NCBI RefSeq assembly: GCF_006345805.1 | Contig: NW_021832228.1 | Coordinates: 124,001 to 188,000 of the forward strand | Origin: Octopus sinensis | Taxonomy: Eukaryota | DNA: 64,000 nt | Direction: 5' to 3' | In this document: piece after piece, positions 50,900-63,617 of the stretch | Numbering within the stretch: the stretch's first letter is position 1 | Layout of the letters: the number at the start of each line of letters is the position of its first letter | Notes under the pieces: generated by a model | What the model was told of the DNA's origin: nothing | The model's database searches: none | The model's input: only the letters and a program-made list of their open reading frames with translations | Position numbers and translations under genes: made by a program

Positions 50900-51195
50900 G
50901 CAAACAATATTGTTTGCTGATAAAAGAAATTTCAGCTTGCATATTCGTCGTTCAAAATAATTAATTATTCAAAAGGTTGGTCAAAAGTTGGATCACGTGC
51001 ATCGTCAATTCAGCGACTTCAAAAGGTCCAAATATCCATGTAATTGGAGCTATTTCAGTGCATGGGCTTATCCATTATGAAATACAAAGAGTCTCTTTTA
51101 AGTCTGATGGTGCAAAAGAGTTTTCGGGAACTGTCTTCGCAAAGCTTATGAAATAAACAACTCCGAGGCCGTAGTTATAATTGACAATGCTATTC
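50900..51195 (+). mobile_element. Tc1/IS630 transposase fragment
   Basis: GWSKVG, KGPNIHVIGAISVHG, VVIIDNA. Confidence 0.65.
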
Positions 51196-51212
51196 AGGAT
51201 TGGAAGAAATCC

Positions 51213-52000
51213 TTGGTGAAGAAGACCACAATGCATCGAATTCTTCGATTGGCGACATATACTCCTATGGTCAATCTGTTATTACTATATGCAGACGATT
51301 TTATCGTCGCATCAAGGGATGTGAGCATAATAAAAGCAACGGATAGAATACAGGATAACCTCAACAATCTGAGTTCATGGCTATATAAAAACGAACTGGA
51401 TGCAAGTCCGGAAAAATCTATTTTGTCTCTGTTTACGAAAAACAGAAGACTTGGGAAAGTCTCAATTGAAGCGAAGTTAGACGGGGAAATTATACCGCAG
51501 AGCAAAACCCAGAAGATTCTTGGTGTTACATTCGACACCTTTCTAACCTTCTCAACCCACGTCGAAAATTTAGTTATGGCGGGTGCAAGAAAGATTAACT
51601 TCCTGAATGCCTTCCTGAAGAACGCAGGAGAATGCAAAGGCCTATATGGCCTAAACAACATATATAATCAATACTTGGAACCTACGATCGGCTATGCGTG
51701 CGGAATCTGGGGAACAAACTTAAGTGCAAACAATCAATCAAAAATCGACAAAATTCGGTTGAAAGCGGCAAACCTGCTAAACATTTTCTCCGATAAAGAG
51801 ATTATCCCAAAAGCCTGGAACAACAGAGAGGTTCGTCCTGAAAATCCCCGTCCGTACCGAAAATGCGTCGGGACAACGGCGGAACATCGGGAGAGGCTGC
51901 GCGAACTGCTGAGGGAGGCTGGGATCACCTGAATTCTTCTTTCTTTTGGCTATGACGGTGGTTTTCTGGTTCAATAAATATAAAATAAATAAATCCAATT
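51213..52000 (+). mobile_element. Jockey/I-like LINE 3' RT fragment with A-rich tail
   Basis: LLYADD, KILGVTFD..LTFSTHV, YACGIWG. Confidence 0.85.
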
Positions 52001-55000
52001 GAAACTATTTTTATACGTTGTCGATTAGTTAAATTGTAGATTATAAAGTTGAGCTTGCAAATTATAAAATTCAAGTTGTTTTGGTATAAATATTGGCGCT
52101 AATTTAACAGGCAAATAGTCTACTAATTCCCTAAGATTCCATGTTTAGTGGAATTTACAAAGGAAAAGAAAAACACAACGCGGACATCCACCACGTGTTT
52201 TCCCGTGCACGAAAATCGAGCGTAACCCACATTATATCAAATTTTGTGGACAATGATTGTACTGGATTTATTATTTTTCCCCAATGATGTGGATTGTAGC
52301 AAAATTCCCATGTTTTTATGTTCAATTTTTATTTTAAGATAGTATTGGTTAAAACAATAACCAACATGGTCATATTCCTAGAGAGAATGGCTCACAGCCA
52401 CTAAACTGAGAAAATGCCTTATACATTCATTAAAATAGTGCCAGATGTGAATTTTATTTCATCTTCTTAAAACATTTTACGATTCCTGATACGTCAACAG
52501 TTATGCAGCTGTTCATAAAATATAAATATTGAAAACTGAATTAGAGTGTATGACAAAGTTATACGAATTTGCAAATCTCCAAATAAATATGCGAATATTA
52601 AGCACAAAGCTGAAAAATCAAATCCCTCCACAATTTTAGTCGGATTAGTTAAAATGTTATCAATGGATTGTGATTCAAATCGCTCACTTGCCATTAAGAT
52701 TTATATGACCATCTCTCAAATCACGAAAACTCAAACTTATCGCATGTTAGTTAAATATTTTAAATATTTCTGCATTAATTGGAGATTATTAGTATCAGAC
52801 TCATATACTCCTTCGGTAAACATGCCAATAGAAGTAGGCAATACTCAATTATCCACAATAATTCTACACAAACAGTATCACTGAGTGAGTTTATTTTAAT
52901 TTAGAAGGTGATCATTCTTCGAATTATTAAAATGTTGGTGGTAACAATTATCTCAAGTTTTTTGCAATTAACAAAAAGCATTGTCGTATAAAGCTTTGGT
53001 GACGTGATCGTATTTTAGTATTGGTTAAAACGATAACCAACATGGTTATATTCCTGGAGAAAATGGCTCACGCCCTGAAAAAATTAGACTGTTTGATTAA
53101 ATAAAGAACTCTTTAAAAACAATGGCGTATAATTTCATAAAAATCGTGGCCACTGGTTGTTCTAATAGAAATACTTGCAGGTGGTCAAGACATGCAAAAC
53201 CATCTCCGTTGTTTGAACTCCCAAAACTATCGAGGAGCAAAGGGAACTAGAAGGGATTAACAGAACTTATCCAGAACAGGGTGGCACAAGAGAGATTTCG
53301 TATACACATATTTATGACAAAAGTGTTGTGATGGGTTCAATGGTATGGAAAGATAAGCATGAAGAGGATACAAATAGAAAATAAAATTTTCAATCGATAA
53401 ATAGTTTAGACCAGACCAATTTCGTAGTTAGACCAGATTAATAAAATTAAAATAACGGAATTTAAAATAATAATTCCGGAATTTAAAATCATTAAAACAC
53501 AAAACTTGAATAATCGAATGAATATCAATAAAATTAAATATAAATTAAAACAAAATTAAAAGACCACCACACAAAATGACAACAAAAACGCACGGGATAA
53601 CTTTTATTCTAATAGGGGTATCCATTAAAAAATGTTTCTCTGGTCCAATTTTTTAGTCTTTTTCAAAATAAATTTGACCTCTTTATTCCAGACACGGACC
53701 TAACCTGAATGAGGAAAATTTGTAAACATCGAATCTTGGCTGGCTACAGAAAATCACAAACAATGAGAAAATGCACTCTTTCTTATTAACCAAATAATGC
53801 GGAAAGTCAGAGCTGATTCTAGAGACGATAGGGCTCGGAAAAATCAAACAAAACTAAATTGACTCACATATACATTTGCTCTCGGAAATATTCACCACTT
53901 CGCTTGGACGGAGGACTGTTATCTTCTTTCGTCAATAAAAAAATTGATGATTTTTTTTGACATATTTTCTTAATAAGAAGAATCTTACTCAAAGTCCTTT
54001 ATATTAGATGATTATCACTAATTTTTTCTGTCAAAAAAAAACTCAAATCAATTTTTAAAAGTAAGTTGTAAGGAACTGGATGTGTCTACGCAGATTAACC
54101 TTGAAGTTAGTTTATAACTGTTTTTTGTAACGGCCAACGAGACCTCTGGATATTTGGAAGGGCCATTTTTGTTTTATGTTGGCTCTAATGAGGTCTTCGA
54201 CTCATTTTGGAATACGCCTTTCACAAAATTACTTAACCACAATAGTCCACAATTCTTGTTTACCTTCTTTTATAATAACTACTCCTGACTTTCCACATTT
54301 ACACTGGGAATTGAATATTTTCCAATTTTACTTTGATCTTCAAATGATCGAACTTGTAATGAATTTTGTTTCATTTTTCAACCATAGGCTAAATTCTTCA
54401 ATTAAAAGGGTTATTTGGAATTTACCTTATAAGTTTATTAATAAAAAGAAACTAATTAATTGTGGTATTCGGTGACTACTCCATCCCATTTCATCACACA
54501 CGGAATGACATGGACTTACTAACTAATAGATTAATTTACCAAATAGGGTGTCTTTACAAAAAAAAGTTCAAACACAAAGTTTACTATACAATTTCGCTAT
54601 TAAAAATTAAATTTCATTCCAAATATAGGCAGTGGAATGGTTGAATATATAAAGAAAAATATTTAATTTATTTATCAAATTCAAAAAATTCAGGAAAATC
54701 AACAATGTAAAAAATAGCACATTATCAGTAATTTCATAAATATTTGTTTAGACCAAAATAAACTAACCACATTTCTACAACATAATAGATTAGTTCATAA
54801 ATTTAAAAAAGCACAGTAGTTGTCCATATTCCCTTTTTAAGAATAAGTAGACTTTATTAAATAACTGTCAGCGAATATATAGCAAATATCATGAAAATAG
54901 ACGTAGAATGCAAATAATAATAAAAAATGAAACGCTCATAAAGAGTACTTCAGGGTACCCCAGAGTGATGAATGTAAAATCGTCAGTTTGATTTACAGTA

Positions 55001-55149
55001 TGCAAACTGTCCTTATTTTCGACAAAAGTCGACTGCTCTTCTTCGAAATCGCAAAATTCACAGCAAGAATCTGAATCGATTGGAGCCGAGACAACTAGTG
55101 GTGAAAAAACCACCACATTCGAAGCCACCAATTCGCACTTTGAGGACAT

Positions 55150-55430
55150 AAGACACGTCGAACTCTCAAGATTTCGAGGTTGGCATCACCCTTTATTTCT
55201 CGACTATAAAAATAAACAAAATAAGGACGTTGATCCGTCCTGTACAATCTGCTATGACGGACGACACACAGTAACGCACGTCGTCCTGGAATGCAAAAAC
55301 CTCACTGCTATAAGAATATCATATAAGATTAACTCCCTCCTTAACTTATGGTATGATCCTAAGAGGTTTGTCAGTTTTCTTCATGCTGCATTTCTCCCAA
55401 TTTCACGGGGAATGGTGTTAAATAAATAAA
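55150..55430 (+). mobile_element. LINE C-terminal CCHC domain fragment
   Basis: LSRFRGWHHP..CTIC..TVTHVVLEC..LWYDP followed by an A-rich tail. Confidence 0.7.
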
Positions 55431-56114
55431 AATCTTATTGATTTGACATTCGAATACAATTTAAAAGATATCCTAAAAAGATGAATCTCTTTAATTTTTG
55501 TCGTCAACCAACGAAAAAATTCCGCAAAAATTATCATCAAAGGGTTCCGCAAACATCTTAAAGTTGAAACCATTTCTCTAATAGATGGAGAGAAATTAAT
55601 TGATTTGAAATTATGAACATTATTAACCACAGCTAAAAATTTACAAGCCAAAACAATATCATACAATAATTAAAAATACAATAAAACCGAGTATATAAAT
55701 AGTACATAGTTTATTTATTACAATGTCTTTTACCTATGCAATGCTCGGTTTTGATTTTGTTTCATTTATAGGAATACTTTTTTGCGGGTCTATATACGGT
55801 ACAATAAGAGGGGTTTATGTTTGAGTGTGAATATATCTATAATTATGACGGTCATTCATACTACTTTGCAAAAAACGCTGATTTAGGAACTTCTTACAAA
55901 GACAATTGTGTTATGGAGGGGTACTACCCGGTTGATATAACAAGCGATGCAGAAAATAGCGTAGTTGAAAGTTAGCAAACTATTTGCATTCGAGGTGTCC
56001 TCAGAAAGGACTATTTTATTGGAATACATATCAAATCTAATCCTGACTAACATAAAGCATAATCTATAGGTATATACAAACTTCTTAGAAGGCATAAGTT
56101 CCAATGGTCTAGTG

Positions 56115-57543
56115 CAGTGGTTCTCAACGGTGGGCGATTCGCCCCCTAGGGGCGATTTTTCTGCCAAGGGGGCGATGGCTGATTGCTAATATTTGAAAAA
56201 TTAAAATCTTATGTTAGAAGTCGATAATCTTTGAAAAAATAAAGATTTTTTCTAGAATTAAAAAAGAATTTTGAAAATAAAAACACCTTACCGTCAATCT
56301 TTAATAAAAATATATCTCAAAATGTCTCTGGATTATCTTATTCATATAAAGTTGCAGAGATATCTTGATAGATAGGATAGTATTGGGTTCGATGAAGTTA
56401 GTATATTGGGAGATTGATCATGGGAACTATCAAACAATGTGGGTGTGTCGTGGAGTGAGGCAGCTGCCAGGCAAGAGTTACAGTGCCATATTGGGATGCT
56501 GGAAGCGGATTTCTTCGAAATCTTGAGACATCCAATATGGAAGTAAGCATGGCAGTTGGCGCAGTAAATGCCGTTTTTGCGGCAGTTAATTTTACTGCAT
56601 TTACCACATGGTAATGCATTTACCACATCGTGGAAAAGGGATGACATGTAAAAATAGGAAAGAAGTATTAAGAAAGATAACAGAAATACCGACGAAAGTA
56701 TTAAATTATACAAAAAATTTGAAAAATAACAAATAAATGAAAAATGTACACCACTTTTTATAAAGATATTTCGATGATGATTCTATTTTGCAAGAAGAGT
56801 TATTATTTGCAAAATCTTTAGTCACGGATACTACAGGATTGTCAATATTAAATGTTTGAATCTTATTTATTCTTAAATGATATTCCATTTGAACATATTT
56901 TATCGTGCGCAACTGATGGCGCAATGGCTATGGTTGGAAAATATCGTGGTTTTTTAGCTTTTCTAAAACAAAAATCTCCAATGTCTACTTCAATTCATTG
57001 TATTTTACATCGGCATCATTTAATTGCAAAAAAATTATCTGAAGAATTGAATGCATCAATGCAAATTGTTATCAAAGTTATCAATAAAATTAAAAGAAAC
57101 AGCAAGTACGATCGTATTTTTCGTGAATACTGCACTAACCAAAATGAAGATTATGTTAGGTTACTTTTACATACCGAAGTAAGATGGTTATCTAAGGGAA
57201 ATTGTCTTGAAAGATTTGTGATATTATTTGATGCAATTGTTGATTTTTTAAGATTACAAGAAGAATTTAAATTGTTTAATTCCTGCAAAATTCATAGAAA
57301 AAATATTTTTTATTTAAATTGGATTTTAAAAAATTAAAAAAGAGGCGACATTAGAATTACACTAACGAAAAGAAGTACAAATTTTGAAAAACTTGTCAAT
57401 CTTCATCAACCACAAGGATCTCATTAAAACTCTTATTTTTTAAATAAAAATTTTTACTAATGAAATAAGGGGGCGATATAAAAATTGGAGGGGCGAAAAA
57501 AATTCCAAGGGGGCGATACAAAAATAAAGGTTGAGAACCACTG
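56115..57543 (+). mobile_element. hAT (Buster-type) deleted element containing a CRE-like PHD fragment (about 56342-56640, minus strand)
   Basis: TIR CAGTGGTTCTCAAC; 8-bp TSD GTCTAGTG (56107-56114, 57544-57551); ATDGA, HCILHR, HTEVRWLSKG. Confidence 0.93.
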
Positions 57544-58064
57544 GTCTAGTGAGTGTTGCCGTAATTAAACACATAAGTGGAAAATGGACTCTCTTAAAAG
57601 AATCTTCACAAAACTTTTATATTTGCAAAAAAGGTATAATAGTCCATGTAATTAAAAGTTAAAATATCATCGTCAGGCGTTAACATAACCTCAAATAAAC
57701 TTCTATTATATTTATTCTGTATACCGAAACTACAATATTTTGGGTTCTCTGAAGTTTTTCAAGGTTTGGAATAGATAAGCAGGAGCCTCAAGCAGGGACA
57801 GCGTAGTTCATTGTTGTTCTGATAAACTGCTTGTATACAGTTACTAGACTCTCCTTATCCTGCCCAAATGACGTCCCCGCAATAGCTCGAAGCACATTGA
57901 GTTTTTTTCTGGGATTTTTCACAGATGTATAAAACATGTTTCGAGAAAGATAAACAGCAATCAAATTTCAGACCCAAGATTTTGGGGGATTTTTCAACTG
58001 GGAGAGGAATGTTGTCTAGGAATAGTTTAGGCCCAAGTTTACGAGATTTTTCGTAATCTCAGGT

Positions 58065-59133
58065 CGAAAGTTTTCCCAATCAATGGGCCAACCTTAAAGC
58101 TTATTACACGTAAAATTATGTATAGAAATTCAAATCATAATTTCACTGCTTCTAATGGATGGCTTTACAGATTCAAGATACTATTCGAATTAAAATTCAG
58201 AATATTACATGGCGAATCACGATCAACCAATAAAGGAGGTGAGAAAACATCCGATCAACTTTCAATGATTTTCTTGAAAAACTATGGGGGAAAAAACATT
58301 TTCAACTGTGATGAAACTCCATTATTTTATAAAGCTGTTTCCAAAAAGAGGTTTGTTAAAAGCAATGAGTCACACAACGGACATAAAATAAGAAAAGAAC
58401 GTATGAAACTTCTTTTGTGTTGCAGTTACACAGGAGAAAAATATAAACCGCTTATAATTGGGAGTATTAAAAAGTGTGAATCTGAAAGAAATTGGCATTA
58501 AATATGATGCTTCGATTTAACGAGGAAATGAGGGAGAAAAGAAGGAAAATAGCATCGTTAATTGACAATGCAACTTTCATACGTCGACGTAATTTTTTTT
58601 CCAAAAAATACAAGTTCCTTAATTCAGCCAGGTAACCAATTGGATTCTATTTCATGTTCGAAATTGGCATGGGACGAGATTACAATACAACATTGCTTTG
58701 AAAAAGCTTTGGAATATGACTGTCGGGAAAAAGAGGACATCGGAGAAAGTCTGATTAATCCCGATATTGTGGAAAATGCGATTTTGAAGAGTTTCTGGGA
58801 TGATAACAGTAGTAATAAAGAGGACTGCAGCGAACAATTTCTGGAACATTTGGATGATCAACAAGTTATAAACAATGTGGAATGCGCATTCACAATGCTA
58901 CTAAATGTTATTAAGCAAGAGACTCCGGAAAATGTACTTGATCTATTCAGATTCAAAGCAAATATTATGAGTTCGATACGAAAAAAAACAGTCGATTAAA
59001 ATTAACTGATTTTTTATTAAAAATTTTAGTTATCCGTTATATTATTAACGTAGGATATCGAACAGGAGAGACCTAAATTTAATGAAAAACCTCAAAAATT
59101 GGGGAAAAATTTTCCCAATTCGAGGTCGCACTG
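58065..59133 (+). mobile_element. Tigger/pogo transposon remnant with right TIR
   Basis: FTASNGWL, FNCDET, KERMKLLLCC, IDNA, FFPKNTSSLIQP; ends CGAGGTCGCACTG|TA. Confidence 0.85.
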
Positions 59134-59214
59134 TATATGTCTACTATAGACATTAAGTAAGAAAAATGATCATTTTGATTTTTAAATCTACAATAATAAC
59201 TAATAAACTTTCAA

Positions 59215-59640
59215 CTTTTTAAAAACAATGAAATCGACTTGAAACCTTCCATTAGGTAAATCAGTGACAATATTGCTTGAATCGTCATACTGTTTCATTG
59301 GCACAGCAAACATGCATATATTACACTCCCTTAAGACTTGGCGAATGATGTTTCGCTTGATTACAAAAAATCTCCTTCTGCAAAGTGCATCCAGAGCATT
59401 ATCCTCACAATGGTTTGTTTCGTGAATTTTTTGAAAACTTATTTTTATTTCTTTAATGCTTGTTAAAGTTATAACAAGATTGTAAAGTCGATTAGTATTT
59501 TGAAAAATAGTTTTCTGTCAATAAGAATAAAATTTTCATCTTTCTTTTTCAATCGGAATTTTCTAACTTTCGAAATATCCACGTTTTTCCTTCAAGAACG
59601 GATTTCTGTAAAATTGTACTTTGAATAATCTTTACTCATT
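59215..59640 (-). mobile_element. Second Ginger-like integrase N-terminal fragment
   Basis: HETNHC..RNIIRQVLRECNIC..RFQVDFI (zinc finger plus first catalytic Asp). Confidence 0.65.
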
Positions 59641-60039
59641 TGGGCCATTAGGTTAACATAATTATTTTAACGTGGATTATTATTTTATAGCGAGCTGTCA
59701 TAATTACAGTCTCGGCTTGGTTTCACTTTAGGTTCTTAAATATATAAACAAAATTAAATACAAAGTTTAAGCAAGTAATAATCGATCATTAAGCATTTTA
59801 GTTTGATCTTACTTTGATTTTATCGATTATCATTTTTTTGAATCGAAAAAAAATTTGATGCAAGTTAGGTAAGTAACTAAATGATATTCGAGAGCCTAAG
59901 GATCAGCTGCGTATTGAATAGCAGTTTAGAATAAAGGATTATGAATTTTATTTTCCCATGCGTTATTGGTCAGGCTGTTTGAATAAATCAGGGCGAGTGA
60001 AATAGGCACCACAAGACCTTAGATTGTTTCTAAGAATGA

Positions 60040-60931
60040 ATGTGTCTGGAAAAGTTTGTGTAGGCAAAAAATCCTACAGTTCCGAGTTCCCCCACGTTTT
60101 CTGCACAGTGGGGTACCACCCGACGAACTGCGAAGGACTTACCAGACAGGATGTCCTCGATCTAAAAGACCTGGCACTCCTCAATCGAGATAAAATTATA
60201 TCCATTGGGGAAATTGGACTCGGTAAGTGACCCTCTCCATTTCTAGATTATATGAGGACTAATTTCTGTTCTCAAGAAAGTCAAAAAGGTTGTTTTTTAA
60301 ATTAGTCTAGTTTAGAGGGCTAGAAATGCAGTTGGATGTGTTTTCGGGGCTTGATTTGTCACTGTTCTTGCACTGTAGAGACAGTCATGACGATTTGCTG
60401 GAGATTTTGTGTCGGAATAAGTCAATGTTGGCCTGTGGTGGTGTGGTAGGTCTTTGTGATGAGTTTATCAGGTCCATTCGTTTGATGGCACAGCAGAACA
60501 GGCTCAGAAGATTCTGGAATTGGGTCTTTATATTGGAATAAATGGATGGTAGGCCGTCAACTAATAATTTCCAGTTCTTTAAAGACTAGTGATAATTTAA
60601 AGGTGTTGGAGGGACTTCCTGTGGATAGAATCCTGGTGGAGACGGGTTATATTGTGTCGGGTGATGATAGATGCTTCCTGGTGTGGGATAAAGAGGACGT
60701 GGGAGGCTGATCAGTTCGTGCAGACTCGGTGGTCGACAGTGAGGAATGACAGGTGGACAGAAACATGCATGATTCGTGGGCGGAATGAGCCTGCGTGTAT
60801 TGCGTGAGTTGTTTCCTTATTGGTTTAGACAAGTTATTGAGGTTATCTCTGCTGTTAAATGCATTCCTGTACATCAATTGGCCAGTGTTGTGTACCACAA
60901 TTCTTTGTCTCTCTTTTTCTTTCGACAATAA
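60040..60931 (+). pseudogene. TATDN1: TatD DNase (TATDN1-like), apparently 5'-truncated, with about 6 micro-introns
   Basis: TVGYHP, IGEIGL/DY, LFLHCR, GGV/VHSFDG, GLYIGING/CSLKT, ILVET/DA, GRNEP, stop at 60929-60931; N-terminal DIG.N motif not found. Confidence 0.88.
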
Positions 60932-61036
60932 TTGTCTGTTTTATTTATTTACATCATTCTGGAGTGTCTTATTAATTTTTTCCAATAGTTGATTGACTCT
61001 TTATTCTCTAATAAAAAGTCGTTCTTAACACAATTA

Positions 61037-62062
61037 TTAATTTATCAAAACAATTTTTTTAAACAAAAAGTTAGTGAGATAATTTTTTTGCATCTTGGCG
61101 CAAAGTTTTTGAAATCTTGATGTCATTGAAGAGAGTGCTACTCTTAGCTCATTAGTCACTACTAAACGAGTTCGATATCTAGATTTCATTGCAGCCTGTG
61201 CAGAAAATCCAGTTTTGCATAAATATGAGGAAGCAAATGGCAACAAAACTTTTATTGCTTTATTTGACAAAATTTCATATTCCATACTTACATTCAACCA
61301 AAAATAAATTAGCGGTTCTCTCTCGAATTTTTGTTTCAATAATGTATCACATGACAATTTTATCAATTTTTCTTTTTCAAAAGTTGTCAATTTCTTCATC
61401 AATAAATGGACTCTGTCTCCATTCGAACTTTTTACAGTCGAGATCTTAAAAATAATGAGTAAAATGCTTCAACAAACAATCCAAATGTTCAGCAAATATG
61501 TCTTTGTGCGCTTCAATGTTCACTATGGCGTAGAAGGTAGTTAAAAGTGAAAACATACCAATTTTTCATAAATGCTTTTATTTTGTCCTTTTGAGCTAAT
61601 AAATGTAGTTGTTGTCCCTGCATTGATCTATTCAATATACTCAATTTCCCAAAAATGTCAACCAAATAGGCAAATTTGACAATAAAGTCATCATCCCTGA
61701 ACAATTTTGCATCTTCAATATCATTTTCATAAAGAAAATCTGCAACTTGATCTTTGAGTTCAAACACACTTCGAATCACTTTTGTAAGAAATAGCCAGCC
61801 CATGTCACAATAGTATAAAAGCAAAGTATATGTAGAATTCATATCTTCACTCAGCTTTGCAAAAGCTTAGCTTTTAAAGGACTGTGTTTAATGTAGTTTA
61901 TAACTTTTGTAATTTGCGCAAAAATATCGTTCAGTTCTGGAGTCATATTCTTTCACGATTTTGATATAGATAATCACGATTTTTATATAGATCTAATTTT
62001 CTAAAAAAATGTTTCTGATATGCTTTTGGCGTCTCCCTTGACACGAATCAGCGCCTCCCTAG
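61037..62062 (-). mobile_element. hAT transposase 3' fragment
   Basis: FAYLVDIFGKL, AIKVLLPFASSYLCKTGFS, ELRVALS. Confidence 0.8.
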
Positions 62063-62479
62063 GGATTCTTTGTCTCTCTTTTTCTCTCGATAATAATTTT
62101 CTCTTCTATTTATTCACATAATTTTGGAGTGTCGTATTAATGTTTTCCAATAATTGATTAACTCTTTTTATTCTCTATTAAAAAGTCGTCTTTAACAACT
62201 TTGTGTCTTATAGGCCTTTCACACTGTAGGGAGACAATTGATATACTAAGAACAATTCTACATTTGTGCAACAAAGTGGTTTACCAACAGACTTTGTTTG
62301 GAATGGATTAAGACTAATCGATTGGGGGACAATTGAGGTTAAATTATAGCTGGTTGAGAGTAATGCGGCAACTCATAAAGAAGAGACACGTGATTAGAAA
62401 TAGGTGGAGTAGACGGGGACATTGATTTGATGACCAGTCACATCAATATTATACAAATGAATGTAAAAACACAAAAATT

Positions 62480-62839
62480 TTATTGATTTTGAGCAATTTC
62501 TTTTTTAATTTTAAGGACGTGTCTGCGAATACAGTCGAAAGAGACAGTCAATTTGAAATGCTGGGAAATGGCAACTTTAAGTTTAGAAATGCTTATTTTA
62601 GGATTATTCTGAATGATGGTGGACAGGAACACATCGTGACACCCTTCCAACTTGAACTGCCTCCTTCCACCCATCTTGTCGTCGTGGTAGCCCTCCCTTA
62701 ACCACCTGTAGACCGTCCTAATGTTCACTCCGAGTGTCTCAGCTAGGGGTCGCCAGTTTCCAGAATTATTGTAGACCTCAAATATCAATTTTTTCATTTC
62801 CATTGACTCTTTCTTCTTCAAGTACTTGCGGCTAGCCAT
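62480..62839 (-). mobile_element. Tc1/IS630 transposase N-terminal HTH fragment
   Basis: LAETLGVNIRTVYRW..GGRRQFKL..NPKISI. Confidence 0.65.
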
Positions 62840-62899
62840 GCAATAACAAGAAATTTAAATAAATTAATTATAAATAAAATAATATATTAATATAATCTT

Positions 62900-63617
62900 G
62901 TGGAGGATGGATTTAAACAAATTATTCCTCGACTTTTTAACCGTCTACATCGCAGCCCCCTCCGCCATCCAAAAGTCCTACGGAATAGAACGAAGGTTTG
63001 CAGTCCCCCTCCCTCCGTCTTCCTCGCCGGCCACCATTGGGGACTCTTTGACCTCGTCGACTCCCTCGACAAACTCAGGGACAGACGGTCTCTGGTCGGA
63101 GTCGTCTCTCTGGGGGAGTCCTCCTATGTCCTCAACTTTGACAAGTTCAAATTCTCAGTCATTCGGATTGAAATGTCAGTTGAAGAATATTCACATTTCT
63201 GAGGACGTGAAATACTCCTCTCTCTCTCAGTCGACCTCTTCTTCGGTCCCTCTGGCCATTTGATGAGATTCTGTTCTCGGAGACTGAAAGTAATCTCGAA
63301 ACCTTCCAAGAAGACCCAGCAGAACAACTCCGAGAGTGAAGTCCTCATTTATTGCAGGCAGTATATCCTCCAACTCCCAAATATGCATTCTCCACAAACT
63401 CCAGCACTCTGTCCCCAAATATACCCATTGACGTTGGGAATATCTTTCGGAGGCTCTCTGCCAAACTTCTGTGCCATGCAATCGTCCCCTTTTTGTCTCA
63501 AGTGTTTCTCCCAGGACAACTCGCTTATCCCATTGTACATCTCTCATACGCTTCCCCGAGTATCCTCATGTTCGACGATGTTCCCATCTCTTCGGCCACC
63601 GGGGTCCAACAGGGAGA
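62900..63617 (+). mobile_element. Degraded CRE-like RT fragment
   Basis: PIDVGNIFRRL, IVHLSYASPS, SATGVQQGD. Confidence 0.75.

Noticed and set aside
53400-54860. Possible MULE-like element with TAGACCA repeats
   Set aside because: No convincing TIR pair, TSD or transposase motif could be established by eye
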